Shown here: piece after piece, positions 1-9,550 of the stretch
Position numbering within the stretch: the stretch's first letter is position 1
Layout of the letters: each line of letters opens with the position of its first letter
Virus record (IMG/VR): IMGVR_UViG_3300027753_000027
Location: 1-44,872 of that record
DNA: 44,872 nt
Strand: one strand, 5' to 3'
Origin: a virus
Taxonomy: Duplodnaviria > Caudoviricetes
The notes under the pieces: generated by a model
The model's input: the letters and a program-made list of their open reading frames with translations, nothing else
Databases searched by the model: none
What the model was told of the DNA's origin: nothing
Program-made: the position numbers and the translations under genes

Positions 1-192
1 GATGGTCGCACCATAGAAGAGCGCGAAAAACAAGAGAAGGCTAAGAAAAAGATGTATGGTGGTAAAATGAAGAAACCTGTTGCTATGAAGTCCGGTGGGA
101 AGATGCCTAAGAAGATGTACATGGGCGGCGGGATGGGCAAGTGCCGTGGCATGGGAGCTGCTACTCGCGGCGGAAACTTTAAAATGGGTTAA
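1..192 (+). CDS. 5'-truncated small basic K/M/G-rich protein (probable internal head protein)
   Basis: Frame 1 is open from base 1 to TAA at 190-192 (DGRTIEEREKQEKAKKKMYGGKMKKPVAMKSGGKMPKKMYMGGGMGKCRGMGAATRGGNFKMG). It is absent from the ORF track. Confidence 0.75.
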   Translation, partial: DGRTIEEREKQEKAKKKMYGGKMKKPVAMKSGGKMPKKMYMGGGMGKCRGMGAATRGGNFKMG

Positions 193-205
193 GTTCAAAT
201 GAACT
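192..205. promoter_or_regulatory. Palindromic site AGTTC-AAAT-GAACT covering the ATG at 199
   Basis: Exact copy of the dispersed AGTTC-N4-GAACT motif. Confidence 0.55.
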
Positions 206-855
206 ATTCTGAGTTAGTGCAAGCGATAAAAGATTACACGGAGAACGAAGAGACAACTTTCGTGACCAATATTCCTACGTTTGTACAGCAAGCAGAGGAA
301 CGCATTCATCGCCTAATCATCATACCGGAGCTTCGTAAAAATGTTACTGCTACCACTACAAATGGCAACCAGTATGTCACCAGACCAAGTGATTTCCTGT
401 CTGTGTTTTCTCTTGCTGTTGTGGACGGTAGTAGTAATTACGAATACCTTATCCCCAAAGATGTGAACTTCATACGGGAGGCGTACCCTGCCGCTGCTAC
501 ATCTGGATTGCCACGATTCTACGCTATCTTTGACGGTGATGTTCAAGCGACAGGCACAACGGGTAACTTTATAGTTGGCCCTACTCCAGACAGTGCTTAC
601 TCTATTGAGCTTCATTATTACTTTGACCCGCCCTCTATCGTTACGTCTAGCACTTCTTGGCTTGGGGATAATGCCGAGCGAGTTCTTTTGTATGGCTCAC
701 TTATTGAAGCCTATACATTTATGAAGGGTGAGCAGGATGTGTTGGCTATGTACCAGAAGAACTTTGACGAGTCATTGAACGACTTGGGTTTGCTTGGCAA
801 CGCAAGGCTAAAGCGTGATAATTATAGAGACGGTGAACCAAGGGCGGATATGTAA
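199..855 (+). CDS. Head-tail adaptor / tail tubular protein A-like
   Basis: 218 aa. N-terminal MNYSEL..AI....E helix, G.P..YA, GPTPD..Y.IELHY and LLYGSL.EA motifs typical of podovirus adaptors. Precedes the tail genes. Confidence 0.7.
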   Translation: MNYSELVQAIKDYTENEETTFVTNIPTFVQQAEERIHRLIIIPELRKNVTATTTNGNQYVTRPSDFLSVFSLAVVDGSSNYEYLIPKDVNFIREAYPAAATSGLPRFYAIFDGDVQATGTTGNFIVGPTPDSAYSIELHYYFDPPSIVTSSTSWLGDNAERVLLYGSLIEAYTFMKGEQDVLAMYQKNFDESLNDLGLLGNARLKRDNYRDGEPRADM

Positions 856-1151
856 TGTCACTAGGAAGTATGGGTATTCCTCAACACAAGCAACTTGTTG
901 AGGTTCGGACAACGCAAAACAGAGGCTTCTCTCCAGAGGAAGTAGCGCAGGTGTGTGTGCAAAAAATCGTGTCTGTATCGGACACAGCACCCCCAGCTAT
1001 TCGAGAGCAAGCCAAAGCGTTTGCGGACAATATTGAGGAGGTGGTTACTTTCTATATGAAAAGAGCTATCGAAAGTGATCGCACATCAGTGTATAACGCT
1101 CTCAATGAAGCGGGGAAACCCGATCTAGCTGAACTTATAAGGAGACTTTAG
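855..1151 (+). CDS. Conserved phage hypothetical protein (morphogenesis region)
   Basis: 98 aa, coupled to the upstream gene by a TAATG stop/start overlap. Confidence 0.7.
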   Translation: MSLGSMGIPQHKQLVEVRTTQNRGFSPEEVAQVCVQKIVSVSDTAPPAIREQAKAFADNIEEVVTFYMKRAIESDRTSVYNALNEAGKPDLAELIRRL

Positions 1152-1152
1152 C

Positions 1153-1602
1153 ATGGCCTTTACAGGTAACTTTATGTGTACTTCCTTCAAGCAGCAGTTG
1201 CTTGAGGCTCAACACAACTTCTTGCTTTCTGGAGGGGATACCTTCAAGATTGCATTGTACACCACCGACGCCTCTTTTACTGCGGCGACTACGGACTACA
1301 CGGCGACTAACGAAGTCGGAGCGTCCGGTTCGTACTCAGCGGGTGGCGGCACGTTAACGCGCATCAACCCAACCACATCTGGGACGACAGCGTTTACAGA
1401 TTTTGCAGACATTACGTTTACGTCCGCAACTATCACTGCTCGCGGTGCGTTGATCTACAACACTACAACAGGTGCTGGAACCGGAACAACAGACACAGTT
1501 GTTGTACTGGACTTTGGATCAGACAAGACCTCGACTTCAGGGGACTTTGAGATTGTTTTCCCAGCGGCTGACGCGAGTAACGCTATCATTCGCATAGCAT
1601 AA
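1153..1602 (+). CDS. Virion structural protein (small tail/fibre subunit)
   Basis: 149 aa, Thr-rich beta protein with FK.ALYT, Y.AGG.TL and [11 protein letters not shown] motifs seen in marine phage fibre subunits. GGAG RBS. Confidence 0.7.
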   Translation: MAFTGNFMCTSFKQQLLEAQHNFLLSGGDTFKIALYTTDASFTAATTDYTATNEVGASGSYSAGGGTLTRINPTTSGTTAFTDFADITFTSATITARGALIYNTTTGAGTGTTDTVVVLDFGSDKTSTSGDFEIVFPAADASNAIIRIA

Positions 1603-1615
1603 GGAACCCGTCCCA

Positions 1616-3847
1616 ATGGTTACGCTGGTCAACAGAGCAAAGATGTCCACGGCAACCACCGGGACGGGAACAGTTACTTTAGGTAGCGCAGAGAGCGGGT
1701 TTCAAAGCTTTGCTGCCGCTGGCGTCTCCAATAGTGATGTTGTGCGCTACACTATCGAAGACGGAAGTTCATTCGAGATAGGCACTGGCACTTACACTGC
1801 CAGCGGCACTACGCTGTCGCGCACTTTGGTTGAGAGTTCGACTGGGTCGCTTCTTAACTTGAGCGGCGATGCCGTAGTCTTCGTCACTGCCGCTGGCTCT
1901 GACATCCAGCAACCTCCCTCCGAGGGCGCTTTTGTAAATGGTGACAAGACGAAGCTAGATGGCATTGAGGCTGGTGCTACTATAGATCAAACGCCCAGCG
2001 AATTACTGACAGCTATTAAGACGGTTGACGGTTCAGGCTCTGGTCTTGATGCTGATACAGTAGATGGTGTACATGCCGATGCCTTGAAGCAGGCTGTAAA
2101 CGCAACTGCTCTTACCTCAAGTGACAGCATAGATAGTGTTACTGATGGTTGGTACAGGTGGAGTAGCTCTGCTCCTACGGGTTCTTATGCAGACTATATG
2201 GTTATGGTTCAATCTAATGATGGGGCGCAATCTACTCAACTGACGTTTGGAACAACCAATCATATTGTTGCAGTAAGGCGTAAAGATGCTGGAGTCTGGT
2301 CGAGTTGGGCTGAAATGTGGTCTAATGAAAACGATGGCTCTGGTTCTGGTCTTGATGCTGACTTGTTGGATGGTCAGCAAGGTAGTTATTATGCAGTTTC
2401 TACTGGCTCCAAGTCAAATGACTTTAACGCAAGAACTGTCCTTCTAGAAAACCTTGAGAAAAGTAATCTAACCGTTGACGGACAGCTAGGTTTTGATAGC
2501 TCACAAGGTCTACTTGTCTTTCGCACTCAGCAAGGCGTTTCAGGCACAACAACTGTTCTTGATGGCGCAAATGTTGATGCTGGTACTGGCGTTACTATTA
2601 CCAACTTAGGCACTGGCGGTACAGGCACAGAACCATTTACCTTCTCTATTGGTCAAGCTGTAGGTACGAGTGATAGCCCCACTTTCGGGAACATCACTGT
2701 CACAGGCACAGTCGATGGTCGTGACATTGCAACAAACATTCCTGCGTCACTCGGGACTGCGGGTCAGGTTTTAACAGTAAACGCAGGTGCAACGGCTGGC
2801 GAGTGGGCAGATGCTGCTGGTGGCGATGACGATGCCGTTTCAGTTACTATTGCTGGGTCAACCTACACGCTAGACCTTTCGTCTGGGCATATGTTTTACC
2901 CTTCTGCTGATGTTTTCGGAAACACAACATTTGCGCTTTCCAATATACCAACCACAAGTTTTGAGGGCAAAGTTCAATTTAGCTATACCGGCGGCACAAT
3001 AACATGGCCTTCCGCATTTGAGTTCGTCGATGGAGTGGCTCCAACACTTGCGCCCAGTTACGATTACCTTTTTGAGTTTGACAAGATTAACAGCGCCACG
3101 AATATCAAAACAATTAATCACGGCAGGTTCAATTACTCAGGTTCCAAAACCTTCCCAGTTTTCATTGGATCGGGCGGTGTGGGTGAAAACAACGGCGGAA
3201 GCGGTTCTATTGATCTGACAGCACTGACTGGCGGCACATCATCGACAGCATCTGAAAATGACATTGTTGTAATTACTGTCCACTATGAAAGCGCATCGTC
3301 TGGCATACCAACAATGACTACCAGCGGCTATACGCAAATTGCTTCTGGTTCCGCTAGTGACACCCTAGACAGCCAAGTTGCTGTTTTTTACAAGATAATG
3401 GGCGGAACGCCTGACACGACTGCGGTTTATGCTGCGTCAGGCGATGTCGCTGGAGCAACTTCTGCAACGCTGATGGTATTTAGCGGCGTTGATTTGACCA
3501 CTCCAATTGACGTTACGGCAACCACAACGAGTACGAGTAACACTGTAATTCCATCATTTCCGTCTATCACCGCATCGTCCAGTACCACAGGATCAATTCT
3601 AATCGGGGCGGCTGGTGGTGCGCATAACAGAGACACGGATGGATTGTATACAGACGCGGACAATCTATATGTTTCGTTTAGTTCGGCACCGGCAAATGAC
3701 AGCGGCGACAGTGTAACTGGTATGGGCTTTCAGCGTATATCTGCCCCAAGCACGTCATTGACCCCTCCAGCTTTTGGTTTTGCTTTGCCAGATTTGGCTA
3801 CATATTCTAACGTCTCTGCATCAATAATCTTGCGTGGCGCTACCTAA
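1616..3847 (+). CDS. Tail fibre / receptor-binding protein
   Basis: 743 aa. N-terminal TTGTGT.TL anchor, two [11 protein letters not shown] fibre motifs flanking a knob-like domain, and a C-terminal adaptor plus beta-sandwich domain. Confidence 0.8.
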   Translation: MVTLVNRAKMSTATTGTGTVTLGSAESGFQSFAAAGVSNSDVVRYTIEDGSSFEIGTGTYTASGTTLSRTLVESSTGSLLNLSGDAVVFVTAAGSDIQQPPSEGAFVNGDKTKLDGIEAGATIDQTPSELLTAIKTVDGSGSGLDADTVDGVHADALKQAVNATALTSSDSIDSVTDGWYRWSSSAPTGSYADYMVMVQSNDGAQSTQLTFGTTNHIVAVRRKDAGVWSSWAEMWSNENDGSGSGLDADLLDGQQGSYYAVSTGSKSNDFNARTVLLENLEKSNLTVDGQLGFDSSQGLLVFRTQQGVSGTTTVLDGANVDAGTGVTITNLGTGGTGTEPFTFSIGQAVGTSDSPTFGNITVTGTVDGRDIATNIPASLGTAGQVLTVNAGATAGEWADAAGGDDDAVSVTIAGSTYTLDLSSGHMFYPSADVFGNTTFALSNIPTTSFEGKVQFSYTGGTITWPSAFEFVDGVAPTLAPSYDYLFEFDKINSATNIKTINHGRFNYSGSKTFPVFIGSGGVGENNGGSGSIDLTALTGGTSSTASENDIVVITVHYESASSGIPTMTTSGYTQIASGSASDTLDSQVAVFYKIMGGTPDTTAVYAASGDVAGATSATLMVFSGVDLTTPIDVTATTTSTSNTVIPSFPSITASSSTTGSILIGAAGGAHNRDTDGLYTDADNLYVSFSSAPANDSGDSVTGMGFQRISAPSTSLTPPAFGFALPDLATYSNVSASIILRGAT

Positions 3848-4956
3848 TGCTTGGCTTTTCTCCACTTGCGTCAGCACCACTGGCAGATAGTGGCAGCGAA
3901 TCCGTTAGCGTTTCCGTTACTGGATTATCTTCTACCGGGCAGATTGGTTCCGTCACAGTATCTGGGGATTCAATCGTCACTGTTACGGGCGCGTCATCAA
4001 GCGGCCTTGTAGGATCGGCGACTACTACTGGCACGGCATCTACTACAACCACGGGCGTACCTTCTGTCGGAGCGGTTGGCTCCGTAACAACCACCGGAGC
4101 CGCATCGGTTACAGCCACAGGTTCTTCTGCTTCTGGTGAAGTTGGTGAGCTTTCGTTCCCGAACGTCTTAGTTGATGTAACGGGTGTAACCTCTACAGGT
4201 CAGGTCGGCAGTCTATCTGTCTTCCCAGAACAAAACATAGTTGTTTCCCCGGTTGGAATATCTTCTACAGGTCAGGTCGGCTCTCCTACGGTAACGGCAG
4301 CGTCTACAACAACAGTCTCAGGCGTTTCGTCTACAGGTCAGGTTGGGTCGGTTAGTATAGAAGCAAGTGCTTCCGCTGGGGTATCGGGTCTTTCGTCTAC
4401 GGGTGCAATTGGCTCTGCATCAGTTAAGACAGGGGCTTCTGTAGATGTACTAGGGGTGTCTTCTGCAGGTCAAGTTGGCACTGCGACTGTAGTCGTTTCT
4501 GAGAGTGTAAGTGTCCCAGTTACGGGTTCTGAAGCCACCGGAAACGTAGGCTCCGTCACAATAGCGAGTGGCACTGGAGTTAGTGTTACGATTACGGGGT
4601 TGGCCTCTACTGGTGGGGTTGGCAGTGTAGTTGCGAAGGCCGGAGCAGGGGTGTCTGCTACAGGCGTATCTGCCACCGGACAAGTTGGGTCAGTTACAGT
4701 AATTGTCGGAAGTACCAGTGTTACTGTAACGGGAGTATCTGCTACGGGCCAAGTAGGCTCCCCATTAGTTTGGGGCCGAATTGTCCCTGACGCCGGAACA
4801 AGCTATACACCTATATCGCCTAGTGCCGGAACAAGTTATAGTAATATACAGCCGAATCCGGGTACAAGTTACACGGGTATAGCGCCGAACCCCGAAACGA
4901 GTTATACTGACATCGAACCTAATCCCGGTACAAGTTGGGAAGAAGTCGCAGCGTAA
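3847..4956 (+). CDS. Repeat-rich structural protein (V/T/G/S repeats)
   Basis: 369 aa. [13 protein letters not shown] start, about 13 repeats of V(T/S)GxS(A/S)TGxVGS, and five C-terminal 11-aa repeats. Confidence 0.75.
   Translation: MLGFSPLASAPLADSGSESVSVSVTGLSSTGQIGSVTVSGDSIVTVTGASSSGLVGSATTTGTASTTTTGVPSVGAVGSVTTTGAASVTATGSSASGEVGELSFPNVLVDVTGVTSTGQVGSLSVFPEQNIVVSPVGISSTGQVGSPTVTAASTTTVSGVSSTGQVGSVSIEASASAGVSGLSSTGAIGSASVKTGASVDVLGVSSAGQVGTATVVVSESVSVPVTGSEATGNVGSVTIASGTGVSVTITGLASTGGVGSVVAKAGAGVSATGVSATGQVGSVTVIVGSTSVTVTGVSATGQVGSPLVWGRIVPDAGTSYTPISPSAGTSYSNIQPNPGTSYTGIAPNPETSYTDIEPNPGTSWEEVAA
4780..4940 (+). repeat. Five degenerate 33-nt coding tandem repeats (IxPxxGTS(Y/W))
   Basis: IVPDAGTSYTP ISPSAGTSYSN IQPNPGTSYTG IAPNPETSYTD IEPNPGTSWEE. 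Confidence 0.85.
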
Positions 4957-4965
4957 GGATTTATC

Positions 4966-6078
4966 ATGCCTAGTACATACACAGATAACGGTGGCATAGA
5001 AAAAATTGCCACAGGTGAACAGTCCGGCACATGGGGCGACACCACCAATACGAACTTGGATATCCTTGATCGTATTACTAATGGCGTGGGGACCATAACT
5101 CTTTCAGGCACAACCCACACCCTAGATACGACTAACGGCACTTTGTCGGATGGTATGTACAAAGTGCTTGTTTTGAGCGGTTCGCCTAGTGGAACAAACA
5201 CGATTACTGTGACGCCCTCAAATGCTCAGAAGCTGTATTTTGTTTACAACAACTCCGGGCAAGATGTTATTTTCTCGCAAGGCGCAGGTGCAAACGTCAC
5301 CGTAGCCAATGGAGACAGCAAGGTTTTGTATCTTGACGGCGGCGAAGCGTCTGCTGCTGTGTTCGACTTAACCGCTAACTTCGCGATGAGTAGTGTTAAT
5401 ATCACAGGTGGGTCTGTTACGGGCATCAGCGACTTAGAAGTTGCGGATGGCGGCACAGGAGCTTCTTCGGCGTCTGCGGCTAGAACAAACCTTGGCCTCG
5501 CTATAGGATCGGACGTTCAGGCCTTCGATGCCTTGTTGCAGGACATATCGGCGTTAGCCGCGACTTTAGGCCATGCTATTGTTGGGAACGGAACCAATCT
5601 TATTAGTACCGCGAGTTCTACTGACGCGATGATTATGCCAGCGGGGACCACGGGGCAGCGCCCTACCGCTGTAAATGGTATGATCCGGTACAACTCAAGC
5701 GAGGCTAAGTTCGAGGGTTATGCCAACGGTGCGTGGGGTACGATTGGCGGCGGCGGTTTCGATACGCAGGAGACTACGACAACTTCCGTGTCTCAGGTTG
5801 CAGTAGGTACATACGATGCGGCTACGGTCTTGGGCCTAAAGGTTTTGATCCAAGTCACCGACACGGTTGCCACAGAGCGGTACATCACAGAGCTTCTGGT
5901 TACACATGACGGGACCACAGCAGTGGCTACGGAGTACGGTCAAGTGGCTACGGACACGGCTTTGGCTACGTTTGATGTTGATATAAACAGCGGAAACATA
6001 CGAATACTTGCAACTCCTGCCAGTACTAACTCCACAACATTCCTTGTTCGTGGAGCGGAGATGTCTGCTGTAGTATAA
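4966..6078 (+). CDS. Tail fibre (proximal/anchor) protein
   Basis: 370 aa. MPSTY..GEQSGTWG.TTN.N start, DGGTGAS.ASAARTNLGL and P.GTT.QRP....GMIRYN fibre motifs. Confidence 0.75.
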   Translation: MPSTYTDNGGIEKIATGEQSGTWGDTTNTNLDILDRITNGVGTITLSGTTHTLDTTNGTLSDGMYKVLVLSGSPSGTNTITVTPSNAQKLYFVYNNSGQDVIFSQGAGANVTVANGDSKVLYLDGGEASAAVFDLTANFAMSSVNITGGSVTGISDLEVADGGTGASSASAARTNLGLAIGSDVQAFDALLQDISALAATLGHAIVGNGTNLISTASSTDAMIMPAGTTGQRPTAVNGMIRYNSSEAKFEGYANGAWGTIGGGGFDTQETTTTSVSQVAVGTYDAATVLGLKVLIQVTDTVATERYITELLVTHDGTTAVATEYGQVATDTALATFDVDINSGNIRILATPASTNSTTFLVRGAEMSAVV

Positions 6079-6092
6079 GTGCAATTGAACTT
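6077..6092. promoter_or_regulatory. One-mismatch copy of the palindrome (AAGTGC-AATT-GAACTT) upstream of the 6112 gene
   Basis: Lies at the end of the 4966 gene, immediately before the purine-rich RBS region. Confidence 0.45.
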
Positions 6093-6111
6093 TAGGGGAA
6101 AGGGAACCTAA

Positions 6112-6480
6112 ATGGCAAACGACAAGGATTTCAAAGCCAAGAACCGAGTAACGGCTTTAGCGTTCCACGAGAAGGTGACGGCTTTAACCTCCGCTTCTGG
6201 AGCGATGACAGCCGACTTGTCCACTGCTTCAGTCTTTACGTCTACGTTAACCGAGGACACATTAGTGACTTTGTCTAATGCTCCGGCTTCTGGGTCACGC
6301 GGCTACGCAACCTTTGTGCTGAAAGCAGACAGTGGAACGCATAGGATATACTTCGACAAAGCTGTTAACTACGACACTGAAATTTACGACATAACCACCG
6401 CTCAGTGGGTTATCACCCTCCAGACATCGGATGGTGGAAGTAATTATTCCGGCGCGTATGCCGTTCAGGGGGCCGCGTAA
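6112..6480 (+). CDS. Small tail-fibre adaptor-domain protein
   Basis: 122 aa. KDFKAK N-terminal tag, DLSTASVF..TLSNAPASG, and TSDGGSNY C-terminus. Confidence 0.7.
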   Translation: MANDKDFKAKNRVTALAFHEKVTALTSASGAMTADLSTASVFTSTLTEDTLVTLSNAPASGSRGYATFVLKADSGTHRIYFDKAVNYDTEIYDITTAQWVITLQTSDGGSNYSGAYAVQGAA

Positions 6481-8387
6481 TGTCTAATACAAAAGATTTT
6501 AAGGTCGCAGACATTGTACAGGTGTCAGGGCAAACAACTCTGAAAACAGGTACAACCTCCACCTCTCAAGATAATTACCGGGTAATTGACCTAGACAACG
6601 AGGCGGTTTCCTCCACAATTGCAGGCCTTAGTACTCCAAATAACATCTTTTTTAAAGCAGATGGCTTGCAGGTTTTTCTTCTGGACGGGGGGGCCAGCGA
6701 CAATGTCGAGAGGTTGTCATTATCCACGGCGTGGGACGTTACAAGCACTCTAACTCCAGTAGACAGTTTTTCTGTGTCTACTCAAACGGCTAGCCCAACA
6801 TGGGTGCAGCTTTCCGACACGGGGAGGCATATGTTTGTTTTGTCCACGGGTGAAGACACGGTGTATGAGTATGACGTTGATCCAGCGTATGACATTTCTG
6901 CGGCAACATTCACTCAGTCCCAGTCCTTTGTTCCCGGTGGCGGTGGAGGGTTCACCTCTTTCGCGTTTAACGATGACGGTACTAAAATCTTCTTCACAGA
7001 GGGAACCAACACTACGATGTCCTTCTACACCCTAAGTACTCCGTATGACATCTCTAGCGTGGGTGCGGAAAGTACGCAGGCAATTTCTGGAGCGACTGGA
7101 AACGGGCAAATAAGTTTTGCAGACAACGGCTCTCTGATGCTGTGGCTTGATATAACAAACGACAACCTCCTGCTTTTCACTTTGTCTACGGCGTATGATC
7201 TCAGCACCGCAACGCTGAAGGAGACCAAGACTAACATTGATACAGATTTGCGCTCTCCTGTGTTCGGAGACTCTGGAAACAATGTGATTTTTGTAAATAG
7301 AATTGATGATAATCTGTACGCTTATGATGCCGAAGTAGATGTGTTGTCTGTAGACTTGTCTACAGGAAATTACTTTGAAGTAGACACTTCCGGCTACGAA
7401 GAGCTTTCTTTTACAAATCCTCCTGCCTCCCAGACGTTCCAAGTACTCCAGAAGGGTGGAACGGGTTTTGGGTTGGATGTCGGTGCGACAGCGAACTTTA
7501 CGTCCGGCACTTCCGCTATCCCCTACTATAAAGATACCGGGACGTTTGAGTTTACTCTCACACCTGACGGCAGACATGCACTTAGTTTTGAAAACAATCA
7601 AGTCCGCTTGATGGAGTTGGATAAGCCCTTTGATTTAAGGGCAATGTCTTTAGTTAACTATGTTACCACGCCGAGTTTTGCCTCGAAGAGTCGGTATCTT
7701 AGAAATGACGGCAGGTATGCTTACGCCACGCAAGCATCCTCCCTCTATCAGTACGAGATAGACCCTCCGTTTACGGGAACGATCACGGAAGAAAACGTGG
7801 CTACGGGTCTGGTTAATGCAGAAAGGCTTTGGTTCAAACCGGATGGAACTAGGTTTTTCTTGACGGGTCCAGTTGACAATTCGACCATATCTACGTTTGA
7901 CCTCTCCACCGCTTGGGATATCTCTACTGCTTCAAACGCATCAAAGAACTTAACTTTAGCGACGGATGTTACCAACATCGGGTTTATTCTGTCGGATGAT
8001 GGCACACACCTGTACTACGGGACGGATCTTATCCCGGATAGAATATACAACTACGTTCTTACAACCCCTTGGGATGTTACATCAGCCGCACTTGTTGGCT
8101 CTATAGACCTTCCATCTGGAATCGGAACGAATTGGGACATAGCGGGGATGTATCCGTCCGAAAATAAATTTGTCTTAACAGATGGCACTGTAGTAGATAC
8201 TTTTTACCAATCTCTTTTTGAGTTCTACACTAGCGGAGTTACCTACTATGCCCCAGTGTATCAGGACACGGTTAACTTTACGGGGGGCGCTGCGCCTACA
8301 TACAACGAGGACAGCAACAGTAAGTTGATTACCTTCTCGACTAATGACGGCGGCGCTACTTACTATGCGGGGTACTCTGATGTCTAA
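6480..8387 (+). CDS. Tail adhesin with beta-propeller-like repeats
   Basis: 635 aa. Repeated F..DG.....LST(A/P)(W/Y)D(I/V)S blades in two blocks within an adaptor scaffold (KDFKV, DLSTGNYF..FTNPP, TNDGGATY). Confidence 0.75.
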   Translation: MSNTKDFKVADIVQVSGQTTLKTGTTSTSQDNYRVIDLDNEAVSSTIAGLSTPNNIFFKADGLQVFLLDGGASDNVERLSLSTAWDVTSTLTPVDSFSVSTQTASPTWVQLSDTGRHMFVLSTGEDTVYEYDVDPAYDISAATFTQSQSFVPGGGGGFTSFAFNDDGTKIFFTEGTNTTMSFYTLSTPYDISSVGAESTQAISGATGNGQISFADNGSLMLWLDITNDNLLLFTLSTAYDLSTATLKETKTNIDTDLRSPVFGDSGNNVIFVNRIDDNLYAYDAEVDVLSVDLSTGNYFEVDTSGYEELSFTNPPASQTFQVLQKGGTGFGLDVGATANFTSGTSAIPYYKDTGTFEFTLTPDGRHALSFENNQVRLMELDKPFDLRAMSLVNYVTTPSFASKSRYLRNDGRYAYATQASSLYQYEIDPPFTGTITEENVATGLVNAERLWFKPDGTRFFLTGPVDNSTISTFDLSTAWDISTASNASKNLTLATDVTNIGFILSDDGTHLYYGTDLIPDRIYNYVLTTPWDVTSAALVGSIDLPSGIGTNWDIAGMYPSENKFVLTDGTVVDTFYQSLFEFYTSGVTYYAPVYQDTVNFTGGAAPTYNEDSNSKLITFSTNDGGATYYAGYSDV

Positions 8388-8730
8388 CTTCAAGATAAAG
8401 CACGGCTTACAGGCTAAATCCCTTGGTCAGGGAGCAGTAAGTGTTTCAGGAACAGACGTAGATTTAAATCTTGGAACTTACTTTTCCAAGACAATAAGCG
8501 GAGCGACTACGTTAACATTTAGTAACCCTCCCCCTTCAGGGTTTGGGCAAGCGTTTCAACTTGAAATTACTGGGGATGGTAGCGCCATAACGTGGCCGAC
8601 CTCGATTGACTGGGACCGCGCCACAACTCCCCCCGTTACGGCGAGCGGGAAGGTGGATGTCTTTAATTTCCTGACGGTAGACAATGGCACTTCTTACATT
8701 GGTAAGAAGACAATAGAGGGGGCTTCTTAA
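8380..8730 (+). CDS. Small tail-fibre adaptor-domain protein
   Basis: I prefer the ATG at 8380 (MSNFKIKHG) over 8344 because it overlaps the previous stop and restores the FK.K tag. Contains DLNLGTYF..TFSNPP..ITWP..TVDNGTSY. Confidence 0.7.
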   Translation: MSNFKIKHGLQAKSLGQGAVSVSGTDVDLNLGTYFSKTISGATTLTFSNPPPSGFGQAFQLEITGDGSAITWPTSIDWDRATTPPVTASGKVDVFNFLTVDNGTSYIGKKTIEGAS

Positions 8731-9509
8731 TGTCTCTTGCAGCAACCCTTTTTAACTCAAACACTACATTCGGGCCGGGGATAGAGGTCTTAGGTTTTAT
8801 AGCTGAGTCTGGAAGTAGTAGTGCTAATATTACAGAGTCCTTTACTAATGGGTCATTGCCAAGGACACTGCAGGAAAATGATCTTGCAGTTGCAATAATG
8901 GTTAATACCGATCTTACAGCTAATGCTGGAGAATCGGACATGGTTGTAGAAAGCTCTGCCGCTGCGGGGGACTATACAGGCTCGACATACGCGAGTTCTG
9001 AGAATACTGCGACTACAGATCGGTGTCAGGTTAAGCTGTTCTACAAGTTTATGGGGTCAACACCCGATACTCAGGTGTATGTCCCTCTTGTTTATAGCGG
9101 CGACACTGACGGAAAGAACAGTGTAATTGTGTACTTTTTAAGGAACGTCGATACATCAACTCCTTTTGATGTCACAACTACTACTGCCACTGCAAACAAC
9201 GTAGGTACGATAACTACTCCGTCTTTGACGATAACCACTCAAGGATCGGTGGTTATTCAAACAGGGAACGCGGGAGGCAACAGTATGGACGGGTTGTCTA
9301 TGGACAACTTTGGTACATCGACAAGCGTCCCCGTTGGTTTTTACACGCAAAGCGTTGCCTCTGGAGCAGAAGACCTATCCAGTATAGCAGTTGTAAACTA
9401 CGACAAATCGGGGACACCTGCCCTCCCTGTTTTCCGTGAGTCCACCACAAGCGGTGCGCTTGTTGCGATGTCGATGGCACTACGCCCTGCAAATCCGCCG
9501 ATTTACTAA
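8730..9509 (+). CDS. Putative receptor-binding beta-sandwich protein, paralogous to the C-terminus of 1616..3847
   Basis: 259 aa. ENDL, FYKFMGSTPDT and VDTSTPFDVT motifs are shared with the 743-aa fibre. Confidence 0.7.
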   Translation: MSLAATLFNSNTTFGPGIEVLGFIAESGSSSANITESFTNGSLPRTLQENDLAVAIMVNTDLTANAGESDMVVESSAAAGDYTGSTYASSENTATTDRCQVKLFYKFMGSTPDTQVYVPLVYSGDTDGKNSVIVYFLRNVDTSTPFDVTTTTATANNVGTITTPSLTITTQGSVVIQTGNAGGNSMDGLSMDNFGTSTSVPVGFYTQSVASGAEDLSSIAVVNYDKSGTPALPVFRESTTSGALVAMSMALRPANPPIY

Positions 9510-9531
9510 GTGTGAAAACTTAGTGTATACT
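9502..9531 (+). promoter_or_regulatory. Possible sigma70-type promoter before the nozzle gene
   Basis: TTTACT-N18-TATACT, overlapped by a 7-bp inverted repeat ACTAAGT/ACTTAGT (9505-9524). Confidence 0.3.
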
Positions 9532-9550
9532 ATGCTTAGAGGAACAAGAG

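Noticed and set aside
4780-4940. 33-nt periodic repeats as a CRISPR array
   Set aside because: They are degenerate, in-frame coding repeats with no unique spacers and no cas operon
1616-9509. Diversity-generating retroelement or invertible tail-fibre cassette
   Set aside because: There is no reverse transcriptase or invertase, and the paralogous domains are broadly diverged rather than an adenine-specific TR/VR pair
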